Below the pieces are notes generated by a model. The model saw nothing but the letters and a program-made list of their open reading frames with translations, was not told the DNA's origin and did not search any database. Shown here one piece after another: positions 54,028 to 63,199 of a stretch of DNA of 64,000 bases. Where the stretch lies: the NCBI GenBank assembly GCA_964603615.1, contig CAZRVU010000007.1, positions 12,501 through 76,500 of the forward strand, given 5' to 3'. Source of the DNA: an uncultured Desulfovibrionaceae bacterium (GTDB lineage: Bacteria > Bacillota > Dethiobacteria > DTU022 > UBA8154). The translations under genes and the position numbers were made by a program. Numbering within the stretch: position 1 is the first letter of the stretch; each line of letters starts with the position of its first letter.

Positions 54028-54405
54028 TTGTCAAAAGAGGCTAGCAGTTATAAAAAAAGGCTTGGCGCCAGGGGCGAGAAAATTGCCGCCGAATATTTAC
54101 AAGAAACAGGGGGTTATAAAATTATCGAAAGGAATTATACTTGTCCCCTGGGGGAAATAGATCTTATCGCCCGCGATCAAAAAACAATTGTTTTTGTGGA
54201 AGTACGTTCGGGCACCTTACCTTTTGCCGGTTGGGCTGAAGAATCGATCGGTTTTCGCAAGCAAAAAAAGCTTAGACAGTTAGCTTCTTTTTTTTTGAAA
54301 GAAAAAGGGTGTAAGGAATATATAGCGCGATTTGATGTGGTCATCGTTCTGTTTACGCTGAATTATGCTGTTCAGGAGATAAAGTTGCTTAAAAATGCTT
54401 TTTAA
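54028..54405 (+). CDS. yraN: YraN-family (UPF0102) endonuclease
   Basis: GEIDLIARD...VFVEVR PD-(D/E)xK-like motif. Conserved rnhB-yraN-comM order. Confidence 0.8.
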   Translation: MSKEASSYKKRLGARGEKIAAEYLQETGGYKIIERNYTCPLGEIDLIARDQKTIVFVEVRSGTLPFAGWAEESIGFRKQKKLRQLASFFLKEKGCKEYIARFDVVIVLFTLNYAVQEIKLLKNAF

Positions 54406-54420
54406 GGAAGGAGAAAAGGA

Positions 54421-55974
54421 TTGCTTGCCAAGGTTGCGACCTGTGCCCTGTTGGGAGTGGAAGGGCATTATGTTCTAGTAGAGACGGATGTGGCGGGGGG
54501 GTTGCCAAATTTTAACCTTGTCGGCCTGGCAGCGACGTCTGTCAAAGAGGCCCGGGAAAGGGTACGGGCGGCGATCAAAAACAGTGGTTTTGATTTTCCA
54601 GCCCGCCGGATCACGGTGAATATGGCGCCGGCCGATCTGAGGAAGGATGGCACTGCTTATGATTTGGCGATTGCAGCCGGTGTTCTTGCGGCTACCGGGC
54701 AGTTGCCGGCCGGGGCCTTGCAAGGGAAAATAATGATTGGGGAGCTCTCCCTTGACGGAAAAATCAGGGGAGTGCCCGGAACGATGGCCCTGGCAACTAC
54801 GTTGCGGCAGTGGCAGGAAGAAAGCGAAAACAAAAACAGGCGTTTTGAACTGTTGCTGTCCAAGGATAATGCCCTGGAAGCTTCTTTAATCGACGACCTG
54901 GTTGTCAAAGGAATCGCCGACTTGCAGGAGATGGTAGCCTACCTTAGGGGAGAGGTATCAATTCCGGCAGTAAAGGCTAACCTGTCAGAAATATTAAAAA
55001 GGGAAACGGAACAGGGGCAGCTTGATTTTAAAGAAGTAAAGGGGCAGTTTGCCGCGAAAAGAGCACTGGAGGTTGGCGCGGCCGGAAGCCACAACCTGCT
55101 TTTAACTGGCCCGCCAGGGACCGGTAAAACCATGTTGGCCCGCCGGATTCCTTCCATTTTGCCCTCCATGACTTTGGAAGAATGCCTCGAAGTGACGAAG
55201 ATACATAGTATTGCCGGGCTTCTCAAGAACGAACAGCCTTTAGTGAGCAGGCGGCCTTTCCGGACGCCGCATCATTCGGCTACCCCTGCTGGTATTCTTG
55301 GCGGGGGCAGGGTTCCCCAGCCCGGCGAAGTCACTTTGGCGCACCGGGGGGTGCTTTTTTTGGATGAATTTCCGGAATTTCCCCGGGAGGTGTTGGAAAG
55401 CCTGCGGCAACCGTTGGAAGATGGGGAAGTGGTGATTACCCGGGTGGAAACGGCCGTGCGTTATCCGGCGAGGTTTATGCTCGTTGCCTCTCGTAACCCA
55501 TGCCCTTGCGGCTACTACGGGCACCCGCGGCGGGCTTGCACTTGCACGGAGGCTCAAATTAGGCGTTACCATCTGAAATCCTCCGGCCCGCTCATGGACC
55601 GGATCGACCTGCAGGTGGAGGTGCCCTCCCTGCTGTATCAGGAGCTGGAAACAGGAAAAGAGGGGGAAAGTTCGGCCACCATCCAGAAAAGAGTGGAGCA
55701 GGCCCGCGTGCTCCAAAGAAAAAGGTTCAAAGGCAGCGGCATCGAAAGCAATGCCGCCATGTCTCCCCGGCAATTGCGCGCCTGGTGCCCTCTCGATCCC
55801 GAATCACGGTGCCTGCTGCGCCGTGCTTTCGATTCTTTTGCCCTTTCGATCCGGGCGCATGATCGCATTATTAAGGTGGCCCGGACTATTGCCGATCTGG
55901 AAGGCGCAAAAAGTATCAAAGTACCCCATATCGCCGAAGCTATCCAGTACCGCAGCCTCGATCGGCAATTTTAA
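54421..55974 (+). CDS. comM: YifB/ComM Mg-chelatase-like AAA+ ATPase
   Basis: Lon-like N-domain, Walker A GPPGTGKTMLA, Walker B LFLDEFPEF, and a ChlI C-terminal domain. Confidence 0.85.
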   Translation: MLAKVATCALLGVEGHYVLVETDVAGGLPNFNLVGLAATSVKEARERVRAAIKNSGFDFPARRITVNMAPADLRKDGTAYDLAIAAGVLAATGQLPAGALQGKIMIGELSLDGKIRGVPGTMALATTLRQWQEESENKNRRFELLLSKDNALEASLIDDLVVKGIADLQEMVAYLRGEVSIPAVKANLSEILKRETEQGQLDFKEVKGQFAAKRALEVGAAGSHNLLLTGPPGTGKTMLARRIPSILPSMTLEECLEVTKIHSIAGLLKNEQPLVSRRPFRTPHHSATPAGILGGGRVPQPGEVTLAHRGVLFLDEFPEFPREVLESLRQPLEDGEVVITRVETAVRYPARFMLVASRNPCPCGYYGHPRRACTCTEAQIRRYHLKSSGPLMDRIDLQVEVPSLLYQELETGKEGESSATIQKRVEQARVLQRKRFKGSGIESNAAMSPRQLRAWCPLDPESRCLLRRAFDSFALSIRAHDRIIKVARTIADLEGAKSIKVPHIAEAIQYRSLDRQF

Positions 55975-55987
55975 AAGTTAAGCGAAA

Positions 55988-56090
55988 GTCAAGCGGGGAC
56001 GGTTCTTGACTTGAATTAAGAAGTGTCCCCGCTTGAAAAACGTCCCCACTTGAAAAGAACTGTCCCCAACTTTTCCAACTTTCTTTTTAA
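55988..56090 (+). repeat. Terminator-like hairpin CAAGCGGGGAC...GTCCCCGCTTG followed by three direct copies of GTCCCCNCTTGAAAA (period ~21 nt)
   Basis: Seen in sequence: gtccccgcttgaaaaac / gtccccacttgaaaagaac / tgtccccaacttttcc. Confidence 0.6.
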
Positions 56091-56361
56091 ATCCAGCAGG
56101 ATATTATTTTTGCATGTAGAACTATATCAAAGTGGTAGCACAAATGCCGTATTAGTAACACTAGAAGCAAAAGATAATAGAGAGGAGTGGGTGCTTATAG
56201 TTCAGCGTTAAACCGTCATTTATAGCGGTTGTTTTTTTAAACTTAGAGTGTTACAAAATTAGATTTAGTAATATTTAGGGTTGTTTTTCCTTTGTTTACG
56301 GGCGATAAAATAAAGAAATAATAAAATTTTCAAGGTTGCAGTGTAAGGAGGTTAATCAAAT

Positions 56362-57156
56362 ATGCCAAAGGTACTTATTTGTGGACGCGGAGGAAGCGGT
56401 AAGAGTACGCTGGTGACGATGTTGGCCAAAAGATTGGCAGAACAGGGAGACGACAAGGTTCTTGTCGTCGATTCTGATGAATCTAATCTTGGATTGGGCA
56501 AAATGTTGGATATTTCATTACCAGCCCGGACGGTGATGGATAGCCTTGGCGGCAAAAAGGCCGTCGGTAAAAGCTTAATGGCTGCTATAAAAAGCGAGGG
56601 TACGGAAGAGGTGAAGATGTTTTCCGGGGATTTCACTTTTAGGGACATTGCTGCCGATAGCGTATCCTGGAGCGGATCTGTGGGGGTGGCACAGATTGGA
56701 AAGGTTGAGCATGCGCATGAAGGATGTGCCTGCCCGATGGGGGCGCTGGCTCGTGAATTTTTGAATAAAGTAAGAAACAAGGCAGCGGAATGGGTGATTG
56801 TGGACACCGAGGCTGGTGTAGAACATTTTGGCCGGGGTGTGTTTGAAGGGGTGGATGCTGTCCTGATGGCAGTTGATCCCTCTTATGAGGCGGTTTTGTT
56901 GGCTGAAAAGGCGGCCAGGCTGGCCAAAGAGGCAAAAAAATATTTTTCAGTGATTTTAAATAAAGTGGATCCCGATACAGAAGTACAGCTAAAAGGGATG
57001 CTGCAGGAAAAGGGAATTGAAGTTGCGGCTGTGCTGCCCTTTTCAGCTCAAATTTCTCAAGCAAACCTGGTGGGAGAACCCCTGCAGGTTACAGCCTCGT
57101 TACGACAGGTTTTAGACGAACTGATTGAGGGAATAACCCGCACTAACGCTGGATAA
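56362..57156 (+). CDS. CooC-family P-loop ATPase (MinD/ParA superfamily) carrying the CxC metal-binding motif. Putative Ni/Co/metallocentre insertion ATPase.
   Basis: Deviant Walker A CGRGGSGKST, then DSDESN, plus HEGCACP (CxC at ~residues 113-115, as in CooC). 264 aa. Confidence 0.65.
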   Translation: MPKVLICGRGGSGKSTLVTMLAKRLAEQGDDKVLVVDSDESNLGLGKMLDISLPARTVMDSLGGKKAVGKSLMAAIKSEGTEEVKMFSGDFTFRDIAADSVSWSGSVGVAQIGKVEHAHEGCACPMGALAREFLNKVRNKAAEWVIVDTEAGVEHFGRGVFEGVDAVLMAVDPSYEAVLLAEKAARLAKEAKKYFSVILNKVDPDTEVQLKGMLQEKGIEVAAVLPFSAQISQANLVGEPLQVTASLRQVLDELIEGITRTNAG

Positions 57157-57220
57157 GCAAGTTTTGGCAACGTTATGTTACGGCAAGGCGTTTGGCCTAA
57201 AGGTTGAGGAGTGTGCCTTT

Positions 57221-58300
57221 ATGAAGCAAAAAATGGTGCAGTTAAAACAAACACCAAAAAATTACCTTCAGTATACAGGAAGAAAAACAGCCGTGATCAT
57301 CATTCTGCTTGTCCTCGTTGGAATTATGGGCATATTTGCTATCTGCGCCGGTTCCGCAGAACTTACCCCGGGACAGGTAGTGATGACACTGCTAGGCAGG
57401 GGGAGTGAAAACTCTAGAGTCGTCATTTGGAACATCAGACTGCCGCGCGTCATAGCAGCAATCGTGGCCGGCGCGGGCCTTTCTGTTGCCGGTTGTGTGA
57501 TGCAGAACATTCTCAGAAACCCTTTGGCCGATTCCTTTACTTTGGGAATTTCCCAGGGAGCGGCTTTCGGCGCGGCCTTCGCGATCGTTGTTTTAGGAGT
57601 GGGGGCTGTCCAGACTAGCAGCACCGATTCCGTGTTGATCAACAACCCTTATATCGTGACTATTTCCGCATTTGTGTTCTCGATGGTGGCGACGACGGTA
57701 ATCCTTTTTTTGTCTAGCTTTGTGGGTGTTACGCCGGAAGGGATGATCTTGGCCGGGGTGGCTCTTGGTTCGCTTTTTACTGCGGCGACTACACTTATCC
57801 AGTACTTTGCCGAGGACGTTAAAATTGCCGCAATAGTTTTCTGGACTTTTGGGGATCTGGGAAGGGCCTCCTGGCGGGATACCGGTATCATAGCAGTGCT
57901 GGTTCTTTTGGCGGTTATTTATTTTATGCTGCACCGGTGGGACTACAATGCCCTGGCCAGCGGGGAGGAAACAGCCAAGGGGCTCGGTGTGGATGTTCAC
58001 AGATTAAGGTTGGGCGGTATGGCTATCTCCTCCTTGATTTCAGCAGTAGCTGTTGCTTTTTTAGGGATTATCGGTTTTATCGGACTTGTAGCACCGCATA
58101 TGATGAGAAGATTTATTGGCGGAGATCATCGCTTCCTGATCCCGGGAGCCACGATAATGGGGTGTTTGCTGCTACTGGCGGCTGATACCCTGGCGAGAAC
58201 GATCATTAAACCGGTAATTTTGCCGGTAGGTGCCGTTACCTCCTTTTTAGGCGCACCGTTATTTTTATATCTGTTATCCAGGGGGTTTAAAAGAAAATGA
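57221..58300 (+). CDS. FecCD/BtuC-family ABC permease (iron-siderophore / cobalamin-type importer)
   Basis: 10-TM FecCD pattern. GAGGAG lies 9 nt before the ATG at 57221. Confidence 0.8.
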   Translation: MKQKMVQLKQTPKNYLQYTGRKTAVIIILLVLVGIMGIFAICAGSAELTPGQVVMTLLGRGSENSRVVIWNIRLPRVIAAIVAGAGLSVAGCVMQNILRNPLADSFTLGISQGAAFGAAFAIVVLGVGAVQTSSTDSVLINNPYIVTISAFVFSMVATTVILFLSSFVGVTPEGMILAGVALGSLFTAATTLIQYFAEDVKIAAIVFWTFGDLGRASWRDTGIIAVLVLLAVIYFMLHRWDYNALASGEETAKGLGVDVHRLRLGGMAISSLISAVAVAFLGIIGFIGLVAPHMMRRFIGGDHRFLIPGATIMGCLLLLAADTLARTIIKPVILPVGAVTSFLGAPLFLYLLSRGFKRK

Positions 58301-59049
58301 TTTTGTCTGTCGATGGCGTTGTTTTTCGTTATGCCAGTCACCTGGTGTTAAACAAGATCAAGTTTAATGTGGGCAAGGGGGATTGCCTGGCCATTCTGGG
58401 TACCAATGGCGTTGGGAAATCGACATTGTTAAAGTGTATCAACAGGATCTTAAGGCCACAGCAGGGGGTAATTGCTATTGAAAAAGGGGAGTTATCTACC
58501 CTAAATCGCCGGGAAATCGCTCAAAAAATCGGCTATGTCTCCCAACATCAAGAAAACGGCAGGTTTACAGTGTTCGATGCCGTAATTTTAGGCCGGAAAC
58601 CATACATTACCTGGGATATTACAGATCGGGATATACAGATCGTCAACAGGATTATAAAAATGCTTGACCTCGAGCCGTTTTCCCTGCGCTATATCGATGA
58701 ACTGAGCGGTGGCGAGCTACAAAAAGTAGTGATTGCCCGTGCTCTCGCGCAGGAGCCAAGGGTGCTTTTGCTGGACGAACCTACCAGCAACTTGGACCTG
58801 AAAAACCAGCTAGATGTACTCAAGATTATCAACAAAATTGTAAAAAAACAGCAGATTGCTGCTCTTGTCACCATGCACGACCTGAATCTTGCCATTAGAT
58901 TTGCCAATAAGTTTATTTTATTGAAAGAACGCACTATTTTTGCTGCCGGTGGGGTTGAGGTCATAACCCCGGGTAATATTGAAAAGGTTTATGCTGTTCC
59001 GGTGGCAGTGGAAAGCTTTAAATCAATTCCTGTTGTCGTTCCTTTGTGA
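58297..59049 (+). CDS. ABC transporter ATP-binding protein (FecE/BtuD-like)
   Basis: Walker A GTNGVGKST, signature LSGGELQKV, Walker B LLLDEPTSNLD. Confidence 0.85.
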   Translation: MILSVDGVVFRYASHLVLNKIKFNVGKGDCLAILGTNGVGKSTLLKCINRILRPQQGVIAIEKGELSTLNRREIAQKIGYVSQHQENGRFTVFDAVILGRKPYITWDITDRDIQIVNRIIKMLDLEPFSLRYIDELSGGELQKVVIARALAQEPRVLLLDEPTSNLDLKNQLDVLKIINKIVKKQQIAALVTMHDLNLAIRFANKFILLKERTIFAAGGVEVITPGNIEKVYAVPVAVESFKSIPVVVPL

Positions 59050-59096
59050 GCAAAGATTATAGCAGGCTTGATGAACCTGACGAAAGGGTGAAAACA

Positions 59097-60227
59097 ATGA
59101 AGAAAAAACAATCTTGGTTGGTTTTAGGTATCGCCGTGCTTTTTATGATGGCAACTTTCCTTGGTGGCTGTGGGGAGGAAACTGCTTCTATTGACGGGGA
59201 AGAAGCTGATGCAGGGGAAGAATCTAATGCATTCCAGGTTACGGATTTGTCCGGTAGGACGGTAGAGTTTTCCGAAACGGCTGAAAAGGTGGTGGCTATT
59301 GGACCCGGAGCGCTACGCTTTGTTTGTTACATAACGGCAGATAAGGTGATCGGGATTGAAGAATTAGAAAAAAACAGTCCGACAGGGAGGCCGTATTATA
59401 CGGCTAATGCATCCAAATTGGAAGGGCTTCCCACTATCGGGCAAGGTGGTCCCCAGACCCAACCGGATGCCGAAAAATTGGTCAGCCTAAAGCCGGATGT
59501 GATCTTTTCTTGTTTAACAGATCAGGCCCAGTCCGATGAACTTCAGGCAAAAACTGGTATCCCTGTTGTCGTCCTGGATTATGGTACTATCTCGGCCTTT
59601 AGTAAAGAGGTGTACGACTCTTTGGAATTAGTCGGCAAAATCACCGGTGAGGAAAAAAGAGCGCTGGAAATAGTGCATTACCTGGAAAACTGCAAAAAAG
59701 ATTTGAACGATAGAACAAAAGATATTCCTGAAGATGATAAACCATCGGTGTATGTTGGAGGACTGGGTATGCAGGGTGTACACGGGATCGAAAGCTCGTC
59801 GGGTAAATTTCCTCCTTTTGAAGCGATCAACGCCAAAAACGTGGTTGATGAAACCGGCAAGTCTGGATCACTGATGATTGACAAGGAAAAAATTATTAGT
59901 TGGGATCCGGATATCATTTTTATGGATTCATCCGGTTATGAATTATTCAAGGACGATTATCAAAAGAACCCGGCTTATTATCAATCACTCTCCGCAGTAA
60001 AAGAAGGCCGGGTCTACAGCATGATCCCTTATAATTGGTACTGGACAAATATTGAAATAGCGGTTGCCGATGCTTATTATGCCGGAAAGGTGATCTACCC
60101 CGCTCAATTTAAGGATATTGATCCGATCGAAAAAGCAGATGAGCTTTATAAATTCATAGTGGGCAAGGAGCTATATGCGGAAATAGCCAAAGATTTTATT
60201 GGTTTTAAGCAGTTGAACATGGAATAA
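59097..60227 (+). CDS. Periplasmic (lipoprotein) substrate-binding protein of the cluster A-II / BtuF-FecB type
   Basis: Signal peptide with the lipobox LGGCG. Class III SBP pattern. Confidence 0.7.
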   Translation: MKKKQSWLVLGIAVLFMMATFLGGCGEETASIDGEEADAGEESNAFQVTDLSGRTVEFSETAEKVVAIGPGALRFVCYITADKVIGIEELEKNSPTGRPYYTANASKLEGLPTIGQGGPQTQPDAEKLVSLKPDVIFSCLTDQAQSDELQAKTGIPVVVLDYGTISAFSKEVYDSLELVGKITGEEKRALEIVHYLENCKKDLNDRTKDIPEDDKPSVYVGGLGMQGVHGIESSSGKFPPFEAINAKNVVDETGKSGSLMIDKEKIISWDPDIIFMDSSGYELFKDDYQKNPAYYQSLSAVKEGRVYSMIPYNWYWTNIEIAVADAYYAGKVIYPAQFKDIDPIEKADELYKFIVGKELYAEIAKDFIGFKQLNME

Positions 60228-60428
60228 GATTATTTCTTGTAGTTGTCCGGGGATGCTTAACAGTTTATTTAAGAAACCACTGTAGGATTTTTGTGCAAGC
60301 AAACAAGAAAGATGGGTTGTTGCCGGAATAAAACAGGACGCGTTTAGTTCAAGTTTAACAGGCGGATAGGTGCAATGATCTTCACCGCAGCCCCCTTTTC
60401 TTAAAAAATGTTAAGGAGAAAAAAGTTA

Positions 60429-61412
60429 ATGGAGCTTCAGGATATCTTTGCTAAATTGAAAAACGGGGAGATTGCTTCCATTGGGGAAGAAGTAAATTCG
60501 CAATTTGATAATGCCCAGCAGACTCCCCTGGCTTTTCAATGGCGTGGAAGGCATTACGAAGTGCTTAAAAAGCTGCATGTTTCAAAAAATACGGATGGCC
60601 ATCTGCAATACCTGTTGCTCACAGATGGTGGGGTGTTTGCCCTTGCCCTACAGCACGAAAACAGTAACCAAGTTTTTGGCCGGAGCAGGTGGGTATTAAA
60701 TTACCGTGTAAAGGGCGATGAGGAACAAGATAGCAGCAGCTTAGCTTTTTCAAACTGTAGTACCGAAAAAAAGAGATTGTTCTCCTTGCAAGGGGCGGCA
60801 AGCATTTTTTTTGCACCCCTGCTTTTGGCCAATGTTGCACATTACCACGGCCATCTTTGTCCTGAACTGGCAATTGGCTACAGGGCTGCATTAATAGCCC
60901 AGGAGGAATTGGGAATATCGCGGGAAAATGCCCACCAATTTTTTGTGATAGCCGAAAATATGAGTTCTGCCATTGAATCATTGCAGCTAATTACGGGTTG
61001 CACTATCGGTAACCAGAATTTTTTTGCCTATGATCTGGGGAAACACGTTTATTACTTTGGCAGTTTTGCCCATGTTTCTGAACCGGGAAAGGCTTTGCGT
61101 TTAGCCTTAATAAATCTAGTTTTAGACCTTAGCGACAAGCGGGATCTTGAAAAAATAATTATTTCTGGAAAGGGCGGGTTAAAAGAGCACAAGGAATACC
61201 AACAAGCCATTGACAAAGCGGTTGAAGGGATCCTGAAAATTGCCCCGGAGGATCTCTTTGCCAAAACCAGGATTTCCTTACAACCACCGAGAACTTGTGG
61301 ACGCCTGGATTATATACGCTGCTCCATTTGCGGGGAGGTAACGGCGCTAGAAAAATGTAACCCGCTGGGAAAAGGTTTTGTTTGCCAAATTTGCTCTGCT
61401 AAGGCTATGTAA
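60429..61412 (+). CDS. FmdE/FwdE-domain protein with a C-terminal Cys4 zinc ribbon and a ~130-aa N-terminal extension
   Basis: HYHGHLCPELAIGYRA is the hallmark of the FmdE family. C-terminal CSICGEV...CQICS. Confidence 0.6.
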   Translation: MELQDIFAKLKNGEIASIGEEVNSQFDNAQQTPLAFQWRGRHYEVLKKLHVSKNTDGHLQYLLLTDGGVFALALQHENSNQVFGRSRWVLNYRVKGDEEQDSSSLAFSNCSTEKKRLFSLQGAASIFFAPLLLANVAHYHGHLCPELAIGYRAALIAQEELGISRENAHQFFVIAENMSSAIESLQLITGCTIGNQNFFAYDLGKHVYYFGSFAHVSEPGKALRLALINLVLDLSDKRDLEKIIISGKGGLKEHKEYQQAIDKAVEGILKIAPEDLFAKTRISLQPPRTCGRLDYIRCSICGEVTALEKCNPLGKGFVCQICSAKAM

Positions 61413-61454
61413 TCGAGGGCTGCAGGACTAAAAAATTAGGAGGTGCAGTAATTA

Positions 61455-62033
61455 ATGATCCTAAAAACAAATCAAAGAGGGCAAATGTTGCCACTGCCGG
61501 TTGTTCTTATTTCAACCATTAACAAGGATGGGGTGCAAAACATCGCTCCCTGGTCATGCGTTACACCAATTTTACGCCCGCTCGATGAAATACTTTTGGC
61601 TTCCTGGATCAAAAGAGATACCTTGATGAATATCCGGGAAACAGGCGATTTTGTAGTCAACGTACCGCCCGTAAAAATGGTAGATGCCGTTATGACTTGT
61701 TCTAAAAATTTTCCACCGGACGTCGATGAATTTGAAGAATCAGGTTTAAAACCTTGCCTTTCTAAACGAGTTAAACCACCTGGTATTGAAGGATGTATTG
61801 CGCGCCTGGAATGTACACTGATCGAGGAGATTCGCAGGGAAAAGTACTCCTTGCTCATTGGTAAAGTCATTCACCTGGAGGCCGAAGATCGGTTTTTCAA
61901 TGAAGCGGGGGAAATGGATTACGAAGCTGCCCAGCCCCTTTCTGCAATGTCTAGTAATCAAGGAATACGGTTTACCAGGCCGGTATTTGCCGGAAGGTAT
62001 GCCACTCATTCGGAAATGGTTTTAAAAAAGTAG
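61455..62033 (+). CDS. Flavin reductase-like (FMN-binding split-barrel) domain protein
   Basis: LPLPVVLISTINKDGVQNIAPWSCVTPI pattern typical of flavin reductase-like proteins. Confidence 0.6.
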   Translation: MILKTNQRGQMLPLPVVLISTINKDGVQNIAPWSCVTPILRPLDEILLASWIKRDTLMNIRETGDFVVNVPPVKMVDAVMTCSKNFPPDVDEFEESGLKPCLSKRVKPPGIEGCIARLECTLIEEIRREKYSLLIGKVIHLEAEDRFFNEAGEMDYEAAQPLSAMSSNQGIRFTRPVFAGRYATHSEMVLKK

Positions 62034-62110
62034 TCTACACAATAAACAATTTATAATGGCTGCAACGCCCTGTTGTTTTAAACAATAGGGCAGCACGGGA
62101 GGGCGTTCTA

Positions 62111-62944
62111 ATGATAAAGGATTTGAAAAAACACTGGCGTTCAAGAATCAAAAATGAGGAATCCAATCTTTGTATGTGGAATAATATGGCCGAAGGGTTT
62201 AGCAATTTTCCTGTCCCTAAATGGGACAAAGATGAGTTTTTAAAGTTACTGGACTCTACAGTTGCTTTTAGTAATGATATGAACGTGCTAGATATTGGCT
62301 GTGGTTCAGGTATATTTTCAATTGCTCTCAGCGAGCGGGTTTCCCGGGTAACTGCCATCGATGTCTCCCCCAAAATGCTGGAGTATGCCCGCTTCAATGC
62401 AGATAAATGCCAAAGAAAAAACATTGATTTTATCTGCGTGAATTGGAAGAATGTCGATCTTTTGCAGATGGGCTGGAACGACCAGTTTGATCTCGTGATT
62501 GCCCATAATACACCGGCAGTATCCGACACACAAACATTTGAGAAGATGATCGGATCTTCCCGTGATTACTGTTTTTTTGCGAAACCCACGCGGCGGACGG
62601 ATTCCGTTCTGGGGAAAATCCCCGAAGTGTTGGGTTTCCCCGGCAAAAATAAAAATAGGGATGATGATATTATTATTGCTCTTTCCATATTATGGTGTCA
62701 TGGATTGTTGCCGGAGATGATCCATTTAGAAGATTTTTGGAAAATGGAAAAACCGGTGAAAGAAGCGTGTGAATTTTATGCCAACAGGCTCAAGGTTTTC
62801 TATGATCTAGATCGCCTTCAGAAGGAGGCCCTAGAAAACTATTTAAGATCTATTGCTGTAGATAACATTGTCTATGAAACGACCAATACTGCGATTACAA
62901 TATTAGCCTGGCGGAATAATGGAAAATTCTTAAAAACAAACTAG
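62111..62944 (+). CDS. Class I SAM-dependent methyltransferase
   Basis: VLDIGCGSGIFSIAL motif I, and a post-motif II acidic residue (AIDVS). Confidence 0.7.
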   Translation: MIKDLKKHWRSRIKNEESNLCMWNNMAEGFSNFPVPKWDKDEFLKLLDSTVAFSNDMNVLDIGCGSGIFSIALSERVSRVTAIDVSPKMLEYARFNADKCQRKNIDFICVNWKNVDLLQMGWNDQFDLVIAHNTPAVSDTQTFEKMIGSSRDYCFFAKPTRRTDSVLGKIPEVLGFPGKNKNRDDDIIIALSILWCHGLLPEMIHLEDFWKMEKPVKEACEFYANRLKVFYDLDRLQKEALENYLRSIAVDNIVYETTNTAITILAWRNNGKFLKTN

Positions 62945-63199
62945 CCTGGCTAGATCTCCATGGTGTTTAAGGAAAGGAACATAATTAATAACTTGCTGTG
63001 TTGCCCACTTTAAGCGTAGTAAAGCGTAGATTCCCGGATGATAACATAGTAACCAGGATAACAAAACAACAAAGCACCCGGGAGAACAACGAGGCATTCT
63101 TGTGCCTGGCTGAACAGCTACTTGTTTTTATCAAGCAGTATCAGGGATAAATGGATAAGAAACAACCGCCTGGAAAGCTATTATGCTTCTTGTTCCCAA

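Noticed and set aside
55975-56361. Looked for a cobalamin riboswitch (B12 box) upstream of the CooC/ABC/FmdE cluster
   Set aside because: No GCCACUG-type B12 box or characteristic GGUGCC/GGGAA motifs were found. Only the GTCCCC direct repeats are present.
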